This document shows positions 18,075 to 27,489 of a DNA stretch of 64,000 bases, piece after piece. The notes under the pieces are model-generated. The model ran no database searches. It saw nothing but the letters and a program-made list of their open reading frames with translations, and was not told the DNA's origin. The stretch is from an uncultured Fibrobacteraceae bacterium (lineage in GTDB: Bacteria > Krumholzibacteriota > Krumholzibacteriia > LZORAL124-64-63), in the NCBI GenBank assembly GCA_964524645.1, contig CAZGEC010000009.1, forward strand, positions 7,403 through 71,402. The letters run 5' to 3'. The translations under genes were made by a program, and so were the position numbers. Every line of letters begins with the position of its first letter. Within the stretch, counting starts at the first letter, position 1.

Positions 18075-21000
18075 ATGGATGTGATGGCGGTCATCGAACA
18101 GCTGCTCTACGGCTATCATGCGGAGTCGGGCCAGCCGGGTCGCACGCTGCTGGCACGCTCCCCCGGCGTGTCACAGGAGTGTGCCGCGGAGATCATCCGC
18201 TACTGCGAGGCCTGGGGCGGCATCCCCGTGGGTCACAGCTTCCGGCCCGCCCTGCTCTCGTTCCCGCTCCAGGGCGGCATACCTTCGCTGCCGGGTCGGC
18301 TCTTTGCGGTGATCCGCATCGCCGCCGCCAGCGAGGACGGGCGGGGAGCCGAGAAGCTGTCCGTCGGCCAGCTTCTGGAACTCGAATCTGCCGGCGTTCC
18401 GTCGGACGACTCGCCCGTGGTGGCGCCGATTCCTCTCTTCCACGCGGTGGTCCTCAGCGAGAGCGATTTCGCCGCCTTCGGCGAGAATCCCTACGCGCTG
18501 GCCCTCGAGAACATCTTCCTGGACCGCTGGGCACCCGGCCTCATCCTGGACCGACGCGAGGTGCACCCCGCTTCACTGGCTCCCCTGGTCTCACCGCTGC
18601 CCACCGAGAGCGACGTGGACCTGATCGGGGAGGCCCTGCGCCAGTACTTCGCGAAGGGCAAGCTGATCCTGCCGCTGACGGCGAGCGACGAGCAGAGCGA
18701 TCGCTTCCTGGCGCTGCTCGTGGCGGCGCTGCCGCTGCGCCTGAAGCGGGGGCTGCGCTTCGCCTCCTTCGCCGTGAGCGACGCCAACAGCTACACGCTC
18801 GCTGCCATCTACCGCGAGGGCCAGTCCTTCCGCGGCTGGCAGCGCCTGCTGATGGCCCACCTGCCGGGCACCATGAATCAGGAGGCGGAGCGTTACCTGG
18901 CCGCCGTGAAGCAGACGCTGGCCAGGAGCGACCTGCTCGGGCTGGAGAAGCTGAGCCGCCAGAACCTGGGGGAGATCCGGCTGCAGGCCGAGAAGCCGGC
19001 GGCCTCCTCACCGGGAGTGCTCGCGGCCACCATCACGTCTCGCGCTGCACCGGCGCCCGCGCCCACGCCCTGGGCCGCGGCGACCAGCGTGGCGCGGACC
19101 CCGAACGTCGGGCGGGGCCGGCCCGGCAGCAAGCCGGCCGCCCGGACGGGCTCCCACCGCCGTCCGGCTCGACGCCGCCCGGCCCGCCTGCCTGCAGGGC
19201 GCCGCCCGTCCTTTGCCTTCCTGATCGCCATGGTCCTGGTGCTGCTCCTCGCCGGGGCGGCCTACCTGCTCGGCACCCATGGGGGGAAGTGGTTCGCTGC
19301 ACGGCCGGCCGAGGAGGAGGAGACCGCCGGCGCCTCGCTGCTGGGTGTGATCGACGTCGGGGCTCTCTACGAAGCGGAGCTGAACGGCTTCCTGGATGCC
19401 CAGCTCGGCCAGGGAGGGAAGGCCAGCAGCAAGGGGGCGGCCAAGGCCCTTTCCGCCCTGCGGATCGGCGCCGCGGAGGATCTGGGACAGCAGGCCCGGC
19501 TGTTCGTGGACCTGGCGCACGAGGGGATCCAGCTGCCGGCCCGGCCGGAACGCGAAAAGGAGCGGCTGCAGGCGTTGGCCCAGCGCGGCGCTGTGATCGA
19601 GCACGAGATGCAGCGGCTGCTGCTGGCCTATTATGCCTTCGACAGCGGGATCCTCTGGCGCGATCTCGGTGACCTGGAGGAGCGGCGCCTCCAGGCTCGC
19701 TACGATTCGCTGGCACGTCGCCAGGGGGAGGCGCTGGCCAGGATCAGCCAGGAAATGGCCCTGACGGACGTGATGCCGGCCCTTCACGCGGCCAGCATGG
19801 AGGCTACGGGCATGTCGCAGCTCGTGACCCAGTTCTCGCGCAAGGAACGCGACCGCTCCTGGGTCGAAACGACCGAGAAGGCGGCGCAATCCCTGTCCGG
19901 GCATCGCCTGGCCCCGGGCACCGCGGCCTACCGGACCAGCGCCTTCCTGATGATCCGGTTGAAGCGCGCCGAGGACAGCGCCGGTTTCGGCCGGCTGGCC
20001 TTCGCCCGCGACTACGAGCAGCAGATCTGGCTGCCGGCAACCGTGCGGGAGATCCTGCCCGCCATGCGTAGCCATGCCGCCCGTTTCGGTAAGGAGGGCG
20101 TCCCGCCGCTCTTCACCGCCACGGTGGCCTTTTACGACGACCTGGAGCGCGTGCCCCAGGTGCTGGCGGCCGGATCCTCGGCCGAGATGTACGGCCTGAT
20201 CCGCAAGCTGGCCGACAGCCGGGCGCTGGCCTTCGATCCGGCGACCTACCAGGATCACGTGGATCGGCTGCGCACGGCGGCCGTGGCCGTTCTGCACGGT
20301 CGCGGGACCAATCCGCACGATCTGCCTTCCAACCTCTTCCCGGCCGGCGACCGCGAGACCACCCTGGCCTTCCTGCAGCTGTGTCGCAGCGGCGCCGCTG
20401 CCGAGGAGTGGGGGGAGGTGGCGAACCTGACCAGCGTGCCTTTCTTCGCCCGCTGGGCCGCCGCCGAGGCGCAGGCGGCCCGCCAGGCCCGGGTGCGCCT
20501 GCAGGGGAACTTCGACGAGGTCTACCGGGATCTCGGCCGCGCGGCTTCCAGCCTCGCCGGTCTCGCCGCCGCCGGCCAGGACTGGACGGGTTCCTACTTG
20601 AGCCTCCGCAAGGACGTGATCAGGGCGCTCGCGACCTATCGCACGCAGCTCGCGGGGGACTCCGGGCGCAGCGCGCAGCTGGCCCGACTGGAGGCCCTGG
20701 CGGCCCGTCTGGACAGTCCGCTGCCGCTGGTGCTGAAGGCCGTGACGGTCCGGCTGGGGGCCGGAGCCCTGACGGAGCCGACCCAGGTGATCCTGGAACT
20801 CCTGGCCGAGGACGGCCGCTCCCTCCTCCGCACGCCGGCCTTCGCGGTGGGCCCGTCCGCCCCCGCCGGCACGGGCTGGGTCGGCACCCAGGATCTGGAT
20901 CTCCAGATCCAGGTCCGGGCGGGCGAACGCCTGCGGGCCGTGCTCCAGCGCGCCGACGATCAGTCGGCGCTGCTGGTCACCACCTACGAGGCCGAGGGTG

Positions 21001-21152
21001 AAGCGGCCGTGCCCGGCGCCCTGACCCGCCCCTGCTGCGGCTCCGCCTCCGAGCCCGGCACGGATCCGGCGGAGGTCCCGGGCAGCGTCGCCTTCCGGCT
21101 GGACGAGGCGACCTGGCGCCAGCTGCAGATCCCGCTGCCCATCACCGAGTGA
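18075..21152 (+). CDS. Large hypothetical bitopic membrane protein (1025 aa)
   Basis: About 330-aa N-terminal globular region (MDVMAVIEQLLYGYHAESGQPGRTLLARSPGVSQE..), then a Pro/Ala/Arg-rich low-complexity linker, a single TM helix FAFLIAMVLVLLLAGAAYLLG, and a ~640-aa mostly helical C-terminal region. No recognisable catalytic motif. Confidence 0.55.
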   Translation: MDVMAVIEQLLYGYHAESGQPGRTLLARSPGVSQECAAEIIRYCEAWGGIPVGHSFRPALLSFPLQGGIPSLPGRLFAVIRIAAASEDGRGAEKLSVGQLLELESAGVPSDDSPVVAPIPLFHAVVLSESDFAAFGENPYALALENIFLDRWAPGLILDRREVHPASLAPLVSPLPTESDVDLIGEALRQYFAKGKLILPLTASDEQSDRFLALLVAALPLRLKRGLRFASFAVSDANSYTLAAIYREGQSFRGWQRLLMAHLPGTMNQEAERYLAAVKQTLARSDLLGLEKLSRQNLGEIRLQAEKPAASSPGVLAATITSRAAPAPAPTPWAAATSVARTPNVGRGRPGSKPAARTGSHRRPARRRPARLPAGRRPSFAFLIAMVLVLLLAGAAYLLGTHGGKWFAARPAEEEETAGASLLGVIDVGALYEAELNGFLDAQLGQGGKASSKGAAKALSALRIGAAEDLGQQARLFVDLAHEGIQLPARPEREKERLQALAQRGAVIEHEMQRLLLAYYAFDSGILWRDLGDLEERRLQARYDSLARRQGEALARISQEMALTDVMPALHAASMEATGMSQLVTQFSRKERDRSWVETTEKAAQSLSGHRLAPGTAAYRTSAFLMIRLKRAEDSAGFGRLAFARDYEQQIWLPATVREILPAMRSHAARFGKEGVPPLFTATVAFYDDLERVPQVLAAGSSAEMYGLIRKLADSRALAFDPATYQDHVDRLRTAAVAVLHGRGTNPHDLPSNLFPAGDRETTLAFLQLCRSGAAAEEWGEVANLTSVPFFARWAAAEAQAARQARVRLQGNFDEVYRDLGRAASSLAGLAAAGQDWTGSYLSLRKDVIRALATYRTQLAGDSGRSAQLARLEALAARLDSPLPLVLKAVTVRLGAGALTEPTQVILELLAEDGRSLLRTPAFAVGPSAPAGTGWVGTQDLDLQIQVRAGERLRAVLQRADDQSALLVTTYEAEGEAAVPGALTRPCCGSASEPGTDPAEVPGSVAFRLDEATWRQLQIPLPITE

Positions 21153-21289
21153 GCCACCGCCCGAAAGCAGCGGGGAGTCCGGCGGCAGCCGAACTCCCCG
21201 CTGCGCTTCCCTCTGCAACTCTTCCCGCGCGCGTGCGTAGATCCCGGCAGGCCGACCCGATCGCGACCGCATCAGGAGGAAGAACCGTG

Positions 21290-21889
21290 ATGGGAAAGAT
21301 CCCGCCCGCGCCGGCCGTCCTGCCGGCCTGCATGCTGATGCTCCTGGCCGCCCCCGCGCTGGCTGGCGCGCCCGACCGGGAAGACCCCGCCGGAATCGTC
21401 ATCACCGAGGACGGCGAGAACCTGATCCTGCGGCTCGACGAGAGACGCTGGCTCCGCATCAGGGAGGAAGACGGCGACGGCCGTGGTCAGACCGTGGAGA
21501 TCGATCTCTCACAGCTCGGTGCCGTGGTCCAGGACGCCATGGACGAGGTGCAGCAGGCTCTCCGCGGTCTCGACGAGCTGCAGCTCGATCTCCGCCTGGG
21601 CGCGGACCAGAACAGCATCCGGATCTTCGACGACCAGGACGAGGTCTTCCTGGACCTGGGGGACATGATCTCCGAGATCACCGGCAGCATCGCCGAATCT
21701 CTCGGCAATATGGACTGGGAGGGCACCCTCGACCGTGACGGGTTGCGCGAGCTGCGGCACGCGCAGCGCCTGCGGGACCGGCGGGACCAGGATCGCCGGG
21801 AGCTCGAAGAGAGCATCGAACAGATGAAGGATGAGATCGCGCGGCTGCAGCGGGAGCTGCGGCGGCTGCGCCAGCGCGATCGCCACTGA
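21290..21889 (+). CDS. Secreted acidic coiled-coil protein, hypothetical
   Basis: AGGAGGA RBS 9 nt upstream of ATG 21290. Signal peptide MGKIPPAPAVLPACMLMLLAAPALAGA. Acidic middle region and C-terminal heptad-rich segment (ELEESIEQMKDEIARLQRELRRLRQRDRH). Confidence 0.55.
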   Translation: MGKIPPAPAVLPACMLMLLAAPALAGAPDREDPAGIVITEDGENLILRLDERRWLRIREEDGDGRGQTVEIDLSQLGAVVQDAMDEVQQALRGLDELQLDLRLGADQNSIRIFDDQDEVFLDLGDMISEITGSIAESLGNMDWEGTLDRDGLRELRHAQRLRDRRDQDRRELEESIEQMKDEIARLQRELRRLRQRDRH

Positions 21890-21914
21890 TCGCGGCCGCC
21901 CCGCCGTGCCCGGG

Positions 21915-22646
21915 TCAGTCCTCCGGCGCGGGCGCGGCGAGGGGCAGCGCGAGCAGCTCCCGCGGGTCCCGGATGGTCCAGTCCGCCGCCGCGAACTCCT
22001 CCGGCGCGCCGAATCCGTAGAGACAGCCCACCGTCCTGGCTCCGGCACGCCGGCCCGCCTCGATGTCGTGGACCCGGTCGCCGATCACGACCGAACCCGG
22101 GAAGCGGTCGGCGATGTGCCGCACGATGCCGGCCTTGCTGCGGGCCAGGCGCCGGCGCACGGCCAGCTCGAGCGAGAGGGTCTCGGAGAAGAAGCGGCGC
22201 AGCCGATGGGCCGCCACGACGGCCTCGAAGTACGGAGCGTTGGCGTTCGAGATCAGGGAGAGGGGATGCCCGCGAGCCGCCAGCTCGCTCAGCGTCTTCT
22301 CGGCGCCCGCATAGAGTTCCGTCTCGCCGCGCTGCAAGGCCGCCAGCTCGGCGCGGGTCGAGCGGACCTCGAACTCGCCGATGAACCGATCCTGGATCTC
22401 CTCCGGCACCGTGCGCAGGTCGCAGGCCTCGCGATAGAAGGCGGGAGTCGGCAGGCCGATGGCCGCGGCGATGCGTCGCCGGTCGCGGCGCGGCACGGGC
22501 AGGTCGAAGTGCCGGTAAGCGGCGTCCAGCCCCTCGCCGACCGCGTCGATGACGGCATCCCGCGCATCGAGCAGGGTCCCGTCCATGTCGAAGATGAGGA
22601 CGACCTCCCGGGGTGGGTGGGCCGCCCCCGCTTCACTGCTCCGCAT
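21915..22646 (-). CDS. HAD-superfamily hydrolase (phosphoglycolate phosphatase-like)
   Basis: HAD motif I (VVLIFDMDGTLLD), motif II (LISNAN) and motif IV (IGDRVHDIEAG). Start ATG 22644-22646 overlaps the 3' end of the upstream SelW-like gene by 14 nt; an alternative start is at 22667. Confidence 0.7.
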   Translation of the reverse strand: MRSSEAGAAHPPREVVLIFDMDGTLLDARDAVIDAVGEGLDAAYRHFDLPVPRRDRRRIAAAIGLPTPAFYREACDLRTVPEEIQDRFIGEFEVRSTRAELAALQRGETELYAGAEKTLSELAARGHPLSLISNANAPYFEAVVAAHRLRRFFSETLSLELAVRRRLARSKAGIVRHIADRFPGSVVIGDRVHDIEAGRRAGARTVGCLYGFGAPEEFAAADWTIRDPRELLALPLAAPAPED

Positions 22647-22857
22647 CGAGGATGGCAAAGATCTCATCGTCCTCAGGAAATCGGTTCTGCTTCCTCTTGG
22701 AGAAGGTGAGCCGCCCGTTCACGACGACCTCGAACACGCCTCCACCGGAGGGGATCAGCTCCGGGGTGATCCCGTAACGATCCCGGATGCGTGCCGCCAG
22801 ACCTGCGGCACGTGGTTCGTAGTTTCAGACCCTGCAGTACTCGATGGAGATTTCCAC
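22633..22857 (-). CDS. SelW/Rdx-family selenoprotein (in-frame UGA = Sec at 22825..22827)
   Basis: Minus-strand translation from GTG 22855-22857, with a GGGAGGAA RBS 5' of it: (M)EISIEYCRVUNYEPRAAGLAARIRDRYGITPELIPSGGGVFEVVVNGRLTFSKRKQNRFPEDDEIFAILDAEQ*. A CxxU redox motif sits in an IEYC context, and GG(G)FEV.V.G.L.SK....FPE is the hallmark of bacterial SelW-like/Rdx proteins. Not in the ORF track because of the internal TGA. Lies in the 240-nt gap between HAD and tdh, on the same strand. Confidence 0.6.
22790..22812 (-). promoter_or_regulatory. Candidate bacterial SECIS hairpin
   Basis: On the mRNA, 13 nt 3' of the UGA: cgugccgc-aggucug-gcggcacg, an 8-bp stem with a 7-nt loop containing GGU, at the spacing expected for a bSECIS. 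Confidence 0.4.
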
Positions 22858-22908
22858 GGCTTCCTCCCGCTGCAGCGCAGATCCGCCGCCGTCCGGCGGC
22901 TCGCGGCC

Positions 22909-23889
22909 TCACCTGTAGAGCGTGCCCGCCGCCTTGCGTTTCTTCAGGTGTTCGAGCATGTCCCGGGTCATGCCGTCCAGATCCCAGCGGGGCCGCCAGC
23001 CCCACTCCTCGCGTGCGGCGGAGTCGTCGATCGAATTGGGCCACGAGTCCGCGATCTTCTGGCGGTCGTCGGGCTCGTAGGAGACCTCGAAGCCGGGAAC
23101 GTACTTGCGGATGGCGGCGGCTAGCTCGCCCGCCGTGAAGCTCATGGCCGCGTGATTGAAGTCGCAATGGTGCCGCAGCTTGCCGAAATCGGCCTCGGCC
23201 AGCTGGATGGTGCCGGCGATGGCATCGGGCATGTACATCATGGGCAGCCTGGTGTCCTCGCGCACGAAGCAGGTGTAGCGCCCCTTGTCCACGGCCTCGT
23301 AGTAGATGGCCACGGCGTAGTCCGTGGTTCCCCCGCCCGGCAGGGTCTCGTAGGAGATGATACCCGGATAGCGGAGCCCCCGCACGTCGAGGCCGAAGCG
23401 GCGGACGTAGTAATCGCCCAGCAGCTCGCCGCACACCTTGGTGACGCCGTACATGGTGGTCGGCTTGAGCACGCTCTCCTGCGGGGTGGCGTCCAGAGGG
23501 ACCCCGGCGCCCCAGACGGCGATGGAGCTGGGGATGACGATGCGCGCCATCTCGTACTTGAGGCCCAGCTCGAGGATGTTGAGCGTGCCGTCCATGTTGA
23601 CCCTCCAGCAGAGCTGGGGGTTCTTCTCGCCGACGGCGGAGAGGATGGCGGCCATGTGGTAGACCGTATCGATGGCGTACTTCTTCACGATCTCCTCGAC
23701 GCTCGCGATGCTGGTGACGTCGATGAAGTGGAAGGGTCCCGAATCCCGCAGCTCGGCGGAGGGCTCGGTCTTGCGGCCGGTGGCGATCACGTTCTCGGCG
23801 CCGAAGCGGCGACGCAGCTCCAGGGTCAGTTCCGAGCCGATCTGGCCCACGGCCCCGGTCACCAGGATCTTTTTCATCTCTTTCTTCAT
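22909..23889 (-). CDS. tdh: L-threonine 3-dehydrogenase (NAD-dependent epimerase/dehydratase family)
   Basis: MKKEMKKILVTGAVGQIGSEL Rossmann motif. YxxxK-type SDR-extended fold. Divergently paired with kbl. Start chosen at the Met just before the GxxGxxG motif. Confidence 0.8.
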   Translation of the reverse strand: MKKEMKKILVTGAVGQIGSELTLELRRRFGAENVIATGRKTEPSAELRDSGPFHFIDVTSIASVEEIVKKYAIDTVYHMAAILSAVGEKNPQLCWRVNMDGTLNILELGLKYEMARIVIPSSIAVWGAGVPLDATPQESVLKPTTMYGVTKVCGELLGDYYVRRFGLDVRGLRYPGIISYETLPGGGTTDYAVAIYYEAVDKGRYTCFVREDTRLPMMYMPDAIAGTIQLAEADFGKLRHHCDFNHAAMSFTAGELAAAIRKYVPGFEVSYEPDDRQKIADSWPNSIDDSAAREEWGWRPRWDLDGMTRDMLEHLKKRKAAGTLYR

Positions 23890-24109
23890 CGCCCCGCTCT
23901 CCTTTGCTGTCCCCCGCCTGTGCTCCGGACCGTCGCTGGACCCCGGAATGTAGTGGCCCCGGAAGTCGGAATCAACCCCGTAGAAGGGCGGCGCCCGCCG
24001 GCGTCCCGCCGCCGGCTCTTGACGCCGCCAGCGGCGCGGTCTATGGTATCCTCTCTTGCCGCAAGTCCGCAGCCGGCAATTCGTTGAGGACCCTGCCCAA
24101 GGAGCAGCC

Positions 24110-25351
24110 ATGTACGGGAAGATGAAGGAAGATCTGATCAAGGAACTCGCCGAGGTTCGTCAGGCGGGGCTCTATAAGGAGGAGCGGTACATCCATGGTC
24201 CCCAGGGGGCGGACATCGACGTCGAGTACCCCGAGCGGGCTCCCACCCAGGATGTCATCAACTTCTGCGCCAACAACTACCTCGGCCTGTCCAGCCATCC
24301 GCAGGTGCTCGAGGCGGCCCACACCGGGTTGAAGTCGCACGGCTACGGCATGTCCTCGGTGCGCTTCATCTGCGGTACGCAGGACATTCACCGCCAGCTG
24401 GAGCAGAAGATCTCCGCCTTCCTCGGCACCGACGACACCATCCTCTACTCGTCCTGCTTCGATGCCAACGGCGGCCTGTTCGAGGTCTTCCTGAAGGCCG
24501 AGGATGCCATCATCACCGACGCCCTGAACCACGCTTCCATCATCGACGGCATCCGTCTGAGCAAGGCCCAGCGCTACATCTACCAGCACAACGACATGGC
24601 CGACCTGGAGGCCAAGCTCAAGGAGGCCGAGGGAGCCCGCTACCGCCTGGTCATGACCGACGGCGCCTTCTCCATGGACGGCACCATCGCCCAGCTGGAC
24701 AAGATCTGCGACCTGGCCGAGAAGTACGACGCCCTCGTGGCCTGCGACGACAGCCATTGCACGGGCTTCCTGGGCAAGAAGGGCCGCGGCACGCACGAGT
24801 ACCGCAACTGCATGAAACGCGTCGACATCATCACCAGCACCCTGGGCAAGGCGCTGGGCGGAGCTTCCGGGGGCTTCACCTCGGGCCGCAAGGAGATGAT
24901 CGAGATGTTGCGCCAGCGCTCCCGGCCGTACCTGTTCTCGAACAGCCTGGCCCCCGTGGTGGTGCGCGCGGCCATCCAGGTCGTGGACATGCTCACCGAG
25001 ACGACGACGCTGCGCGACAAGCTGGAGTGGAACACCAAGTACTTCCGCGAGAAGATGACCGCGATCGGCTACGGCATCAAGCCGGGTGACCATCCCATCG
25101 TGCCGATCATGCTCTACAACGCCAAGCTGTCCCAGGACATCGCACGCGACATGTACTACGAGGGCATCTACGTGATCGGCTTCTTCTACCCGGTCGTGGC
25201 CAAGGGCCTGGCGCGGATCCGCGTCCAGCTCTCGGCCGCCCACGAGAAGGAGCACCTAGACAAGGCCATCGCCGCGTTCGAGAAGGTGGGCGGGAAGTAC
25301 GAGATCCTCGGCAAGACCAAGGACCAGATCATCGCCAAGTACGGCGAGTGA
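24110..25351 (+). CDS. kbl: 2-amino-3-ketobutyrate CoA ligase (glycine C-acetyltransferase)
   Basis: PLP-dependent class II aminotransferase motifs ([20 protein letters not shown] with the PLP lysine). [28 protein letters not shown] is a typical Kbl N-terminus. Divergent from tdh. Confidence 0.9.
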   Translation: MYGKMKEDLIKELAEVRQAGLYKEERYIHGPQGADIDVEYPERAPTQDVINFCANNYLGLSSHPQVLEAAHTGLKSHGYGMSSVRFICGTQDIHRQLEQKISAFLGTDDTILYSSCFDANGGLFEVFLKAEDAIITDALNHASIIDGIRLSKAQRYIYQHNDMADLEAKLKEAEGARYRLVMTDGAFSMDGTIAQLDKICDLAEKYDALVACDDSHCTGFLGKKGRGTHEYRNCMKRVDIITSTLGKALGGASGGFTSGRKEMIEMLRQRSRPYLFSNSLAPVVVRAAIQVVDMLTETTTLRDKLEWNTKYFREKMTAIGYGIKPGDHPIVPIMLYNAKLSQDIARDMYYEGIYVIGFFYPVVAKGLARIRVQLSAAHEKEHLDKAIAAFEKVGGKYEILGKTKDQIIAKYGE

Positions 25352-25377
25352 ATCCGGTGGCGGTCGGCCGGGAGCGG

Positions 25378-25407
25378 CAGGAAGGGCCCGCGCGCGGGCC
25401 CTTCCTC
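25378..25407. terminator. Bidirectional terminator hairpin between the convergent kbl and parA-like genes
   Basis: aggaagggcccgc-gc-gcgggcccttcct, a 13-bp perfect stem. Confidence 0.5.
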
Positions 25408-25448
25408 ATCGCCGAGCGCCTGACGGCGAGCGGCGGCCCGGACGCCCC

Positions 25449-26687
25449 TCAATGGTAACGGCCGTCGGCCTCGCGCTTGAGCCCCCAGCGCGGCTCGTCA
25501 CACTCGGCGTCGTCCCAGTCCTTCCCTTCCTCCTCCGCGAGCAGCTCGTCCAGGGACACCAGCTCGGGGACCTCCTCGCTCTCCAGGCCGCCGGAGAGGG
25601 CTCCGCTCGCCGCGGCTGAGGAGCGCAGCTCCGCCAGCAGATGCTCCATGCCGCGGGCGGAGCCAGCCTCGCGTGTCACCATGTCCCGCTCCTCGGTCGT
25701 CGCCTGATCGCGCTCCCGCTCATGTTCCGCCGCGGCGGCCTTCTGCGCGGCCGCGATGCGCCGCATGACCTGGCGGGCCATCAGCTCGTCCATCAGGTCG
25801 AAGTAGGCGCGGCTGCCGGCCGATCTGCGGTCGTAGATCACGGCCGGCTTGCCGCGCAGGGCCATCTCGGCCAGGCGGGTGGTCCGCGGGATGCTGGCGT
25901 TCAGGAGCTGTCCGGCATGGTCCTCGCTCACCCGCTCGGTCACGTGTCTGCTCATGCGCGTCCGCGCGTTGACCATGGTCAGGAACAGACCTTCCAGCCG
26001 CAGGCCGCTCCGGGACCGGGCGGAACCGGCCGGCGCGGTCTCGGCGTAGGCCGCCTCCTCGAAGGTGCGGATGAACTCCAGCAGGCGCGAGATGGAGATC
26101 CGGCAGAGCTCCTCCGCCTGGACGGGCACCAGATAGCTCTGGGAGGCGAGCAGCGCGGCCCGGGTGCAGGCGTTCATTCCGGGCGGACAGTCGATGAGGA
26201 TGGTGTCGTAGAGGTTGCGGGCGCGATCGATCTCGCTCACGAAGGTGTCGACTTTCTGCTCCATGTACCGCAGGTAGGTTTCTTCCTGGGCGAGGGTCTG
26301 GATGTTGGGCGTCACGAAGAAGAGGTTCTTCAGGGGCGTGGTGTACGCCATATGGATCAGGGGAGTGCCCTGCTCGAACATGTCGATCAGGCCACCGTCC
26401 AGATCCTCGGAATCGTAGCCCAGGGTACGGGCCACGCCGCACTGGGAGTCCACGCCCACGATCAGGACCGAGTGTCCGGAGAGGGCCAGAGCGGCGCCCA
26501 GGTTGACCGCCGAGGTGGTTTTGCCGACGCCGCCTTTCCGGCTCACCAGGCAGATGACCCGTGCGGAGAGGGTGTTCCAGGGAGTGCCCCGTTTCGGCTG
26601 CGGGGAGCCGGCGTCGCCGCCTTCGTTGCTGGTCTGCGAGGGCTCTGCGAGCCCGGATTCCACATCCTGTGGATCGTTGTCCTGCAT
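25449..26687 (-). CDS. ParA/MinD-family P-loop ATPase with a long acidic C-terminal extension
   Basis: Deviant Walker A VSRKGGVGKTTSAVNLGAAL. 412 aa with a ~130-aa C-terminal tail that ends acidic (EEEGKDWDDAECDEPRW). No partner parB nearby. Confidence 0.7.
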   Translation of the reverse strand: MQDNDPQDVESGLAEPSQTSNEGGDAGSPQPKRGTPWNTLSARVICLVSRKGGVGKTTSAVNLGAALALSGHSVLIVGVDSQCGVARTLGYDSEDLDGGLIDMFEQGTPLIHMAYTTPLKNLFFVTPNIQTLAQEETYLRYMEQKVDTFVSEIDRARNLYDTILIDCPPGMNACTRAALLASQSYLVPVQAEELCRISISRLLEFIRTFEEAAYAETAPAGSARSRSGLRLEGLFLTMVNARTRMSRHVTERVSEDHAGQLLNASIPRTTRLAEMALRGKPAVIYDRRSAGSRAYFDLMDELMARQVMRRIAAAQKAAAAEHERERDQATTEERDMVTREAGSARGMEHLLAELRSSAAASGALSGGLESEEVPELVSLDELLAEEEGKDWDDAECDEPRWGLKREADGRYH

Positions 26688-26940
26688 GGCAGCATCTCCT
26701 TCCAGCGATGAGCAGTGCCTCGTGCCATGGTTTTGAGGTTCGGAAAGGCGGATTTATAGCAGGGCTGAGGGGGATGCTCAAGCTCAATCTGCTGGATTCC
26801 GCCCCCGGCTTTCCCGGGGCCCGCAAATCGCATTTGTGCATCGCGTTCGACCCATTAACTTTCAGGGCAGCACGGCACCGGCGGCGGACGGGAGTCGGGG
26901 CCGCAGGCGCGCATCCGAGGTGCCGGAGGAGGCGAGAACC

Positions 26941-27423
26941 GTGGCGAGGACCGAGAAGATCGCCGTTGGCGGCATGCTGCAGACGCGGGGGCTGGTGCTG
27001 ATCCAGGTGCTGGGAGCCCGCAAGGGTCCCGGGGTGGCCGGACGGACCCTTTCGACCCTGGGGCGCAACGGCATCAACGTGATCGGCGTCGCGTCCTTTG
27101 CCGATATCCACGAGCTCGGCAACATCTGCTTCGCCATCAACAAGGACGACCTCGACCAGGCGCTGGGGCTGCTGCAGACCATCAAGGAGGAGATCCGCGC
27201 CGAGAAGATCGACTACCTGCGCAACTGCTGCTCGGTCTCCATCTATGGCCCGCACTTCAGCGAGCGGCCTTCCATCGCCGGCCGCATGTTCGACGCCATC
27301 GCCGAGGCCGGCATCGACATCCACATGATCAGCACCTCGATCTCCACGGTCTCCTGCGTCATCGCCGAGGAGCGGTTGCAGGCCGCGGTGGAGAAGCTGA
27401 AGGACTACTTCCTCGTGCCTTAG
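26941..27423 (+). CDS. Tandem ACT-domain regulatory protein (aspartokinase C-terminal-like)
   Basis: Two ACT-like beta-alpha-beta-beta-alpha-beta units (LIQVLGARKGPGVAGRTLSTLGRNGINVIGV.. and VSIYGPHFSERPSIAGRMFDAIAEAGIDIHMIS). Start GTG 26941 or ATG 26974. Confidence 0.55.
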   Translation: MARTEKIAVGGMLQTRGLVLIQVLGARKGPGVAGRTLSTLGRNGINVIGVASFADIHELGNICFAINKDDLDQALGLLQTIKEEIRAEKIDYLRNCCSVSIYGPHFSERPSIAGRMFDAIAEAGIDIHMISTSISTVSCVIAEERLQAAVEKLKDYFLVP

Positions 27424-27489
27424 CCCCTGGATCGTGCGTGCCTGGGCCGGGCCGGCCGCCGGCGAGGTGCTGATCCGCCCGGGATTCCC

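Noticed and set aside
19008-21272. 754-aa minus-strand ORF and many Arg/Pro-rich short ORFs over 18.1-21.2 kb
   Set aside because: Antisense or off-frame artefacts of the 1025-aa plus-strand gene.
22909-23889. Tdh ends in ...GTLYR, resembling the KSLYR tail of the secreted paralogs
   Set aside because: Tdh is a cytoplasmic enzyme without a signal peptide, so the match is most likely coincidental. Kept as a caution for the C-terminal-signal hypothesis.
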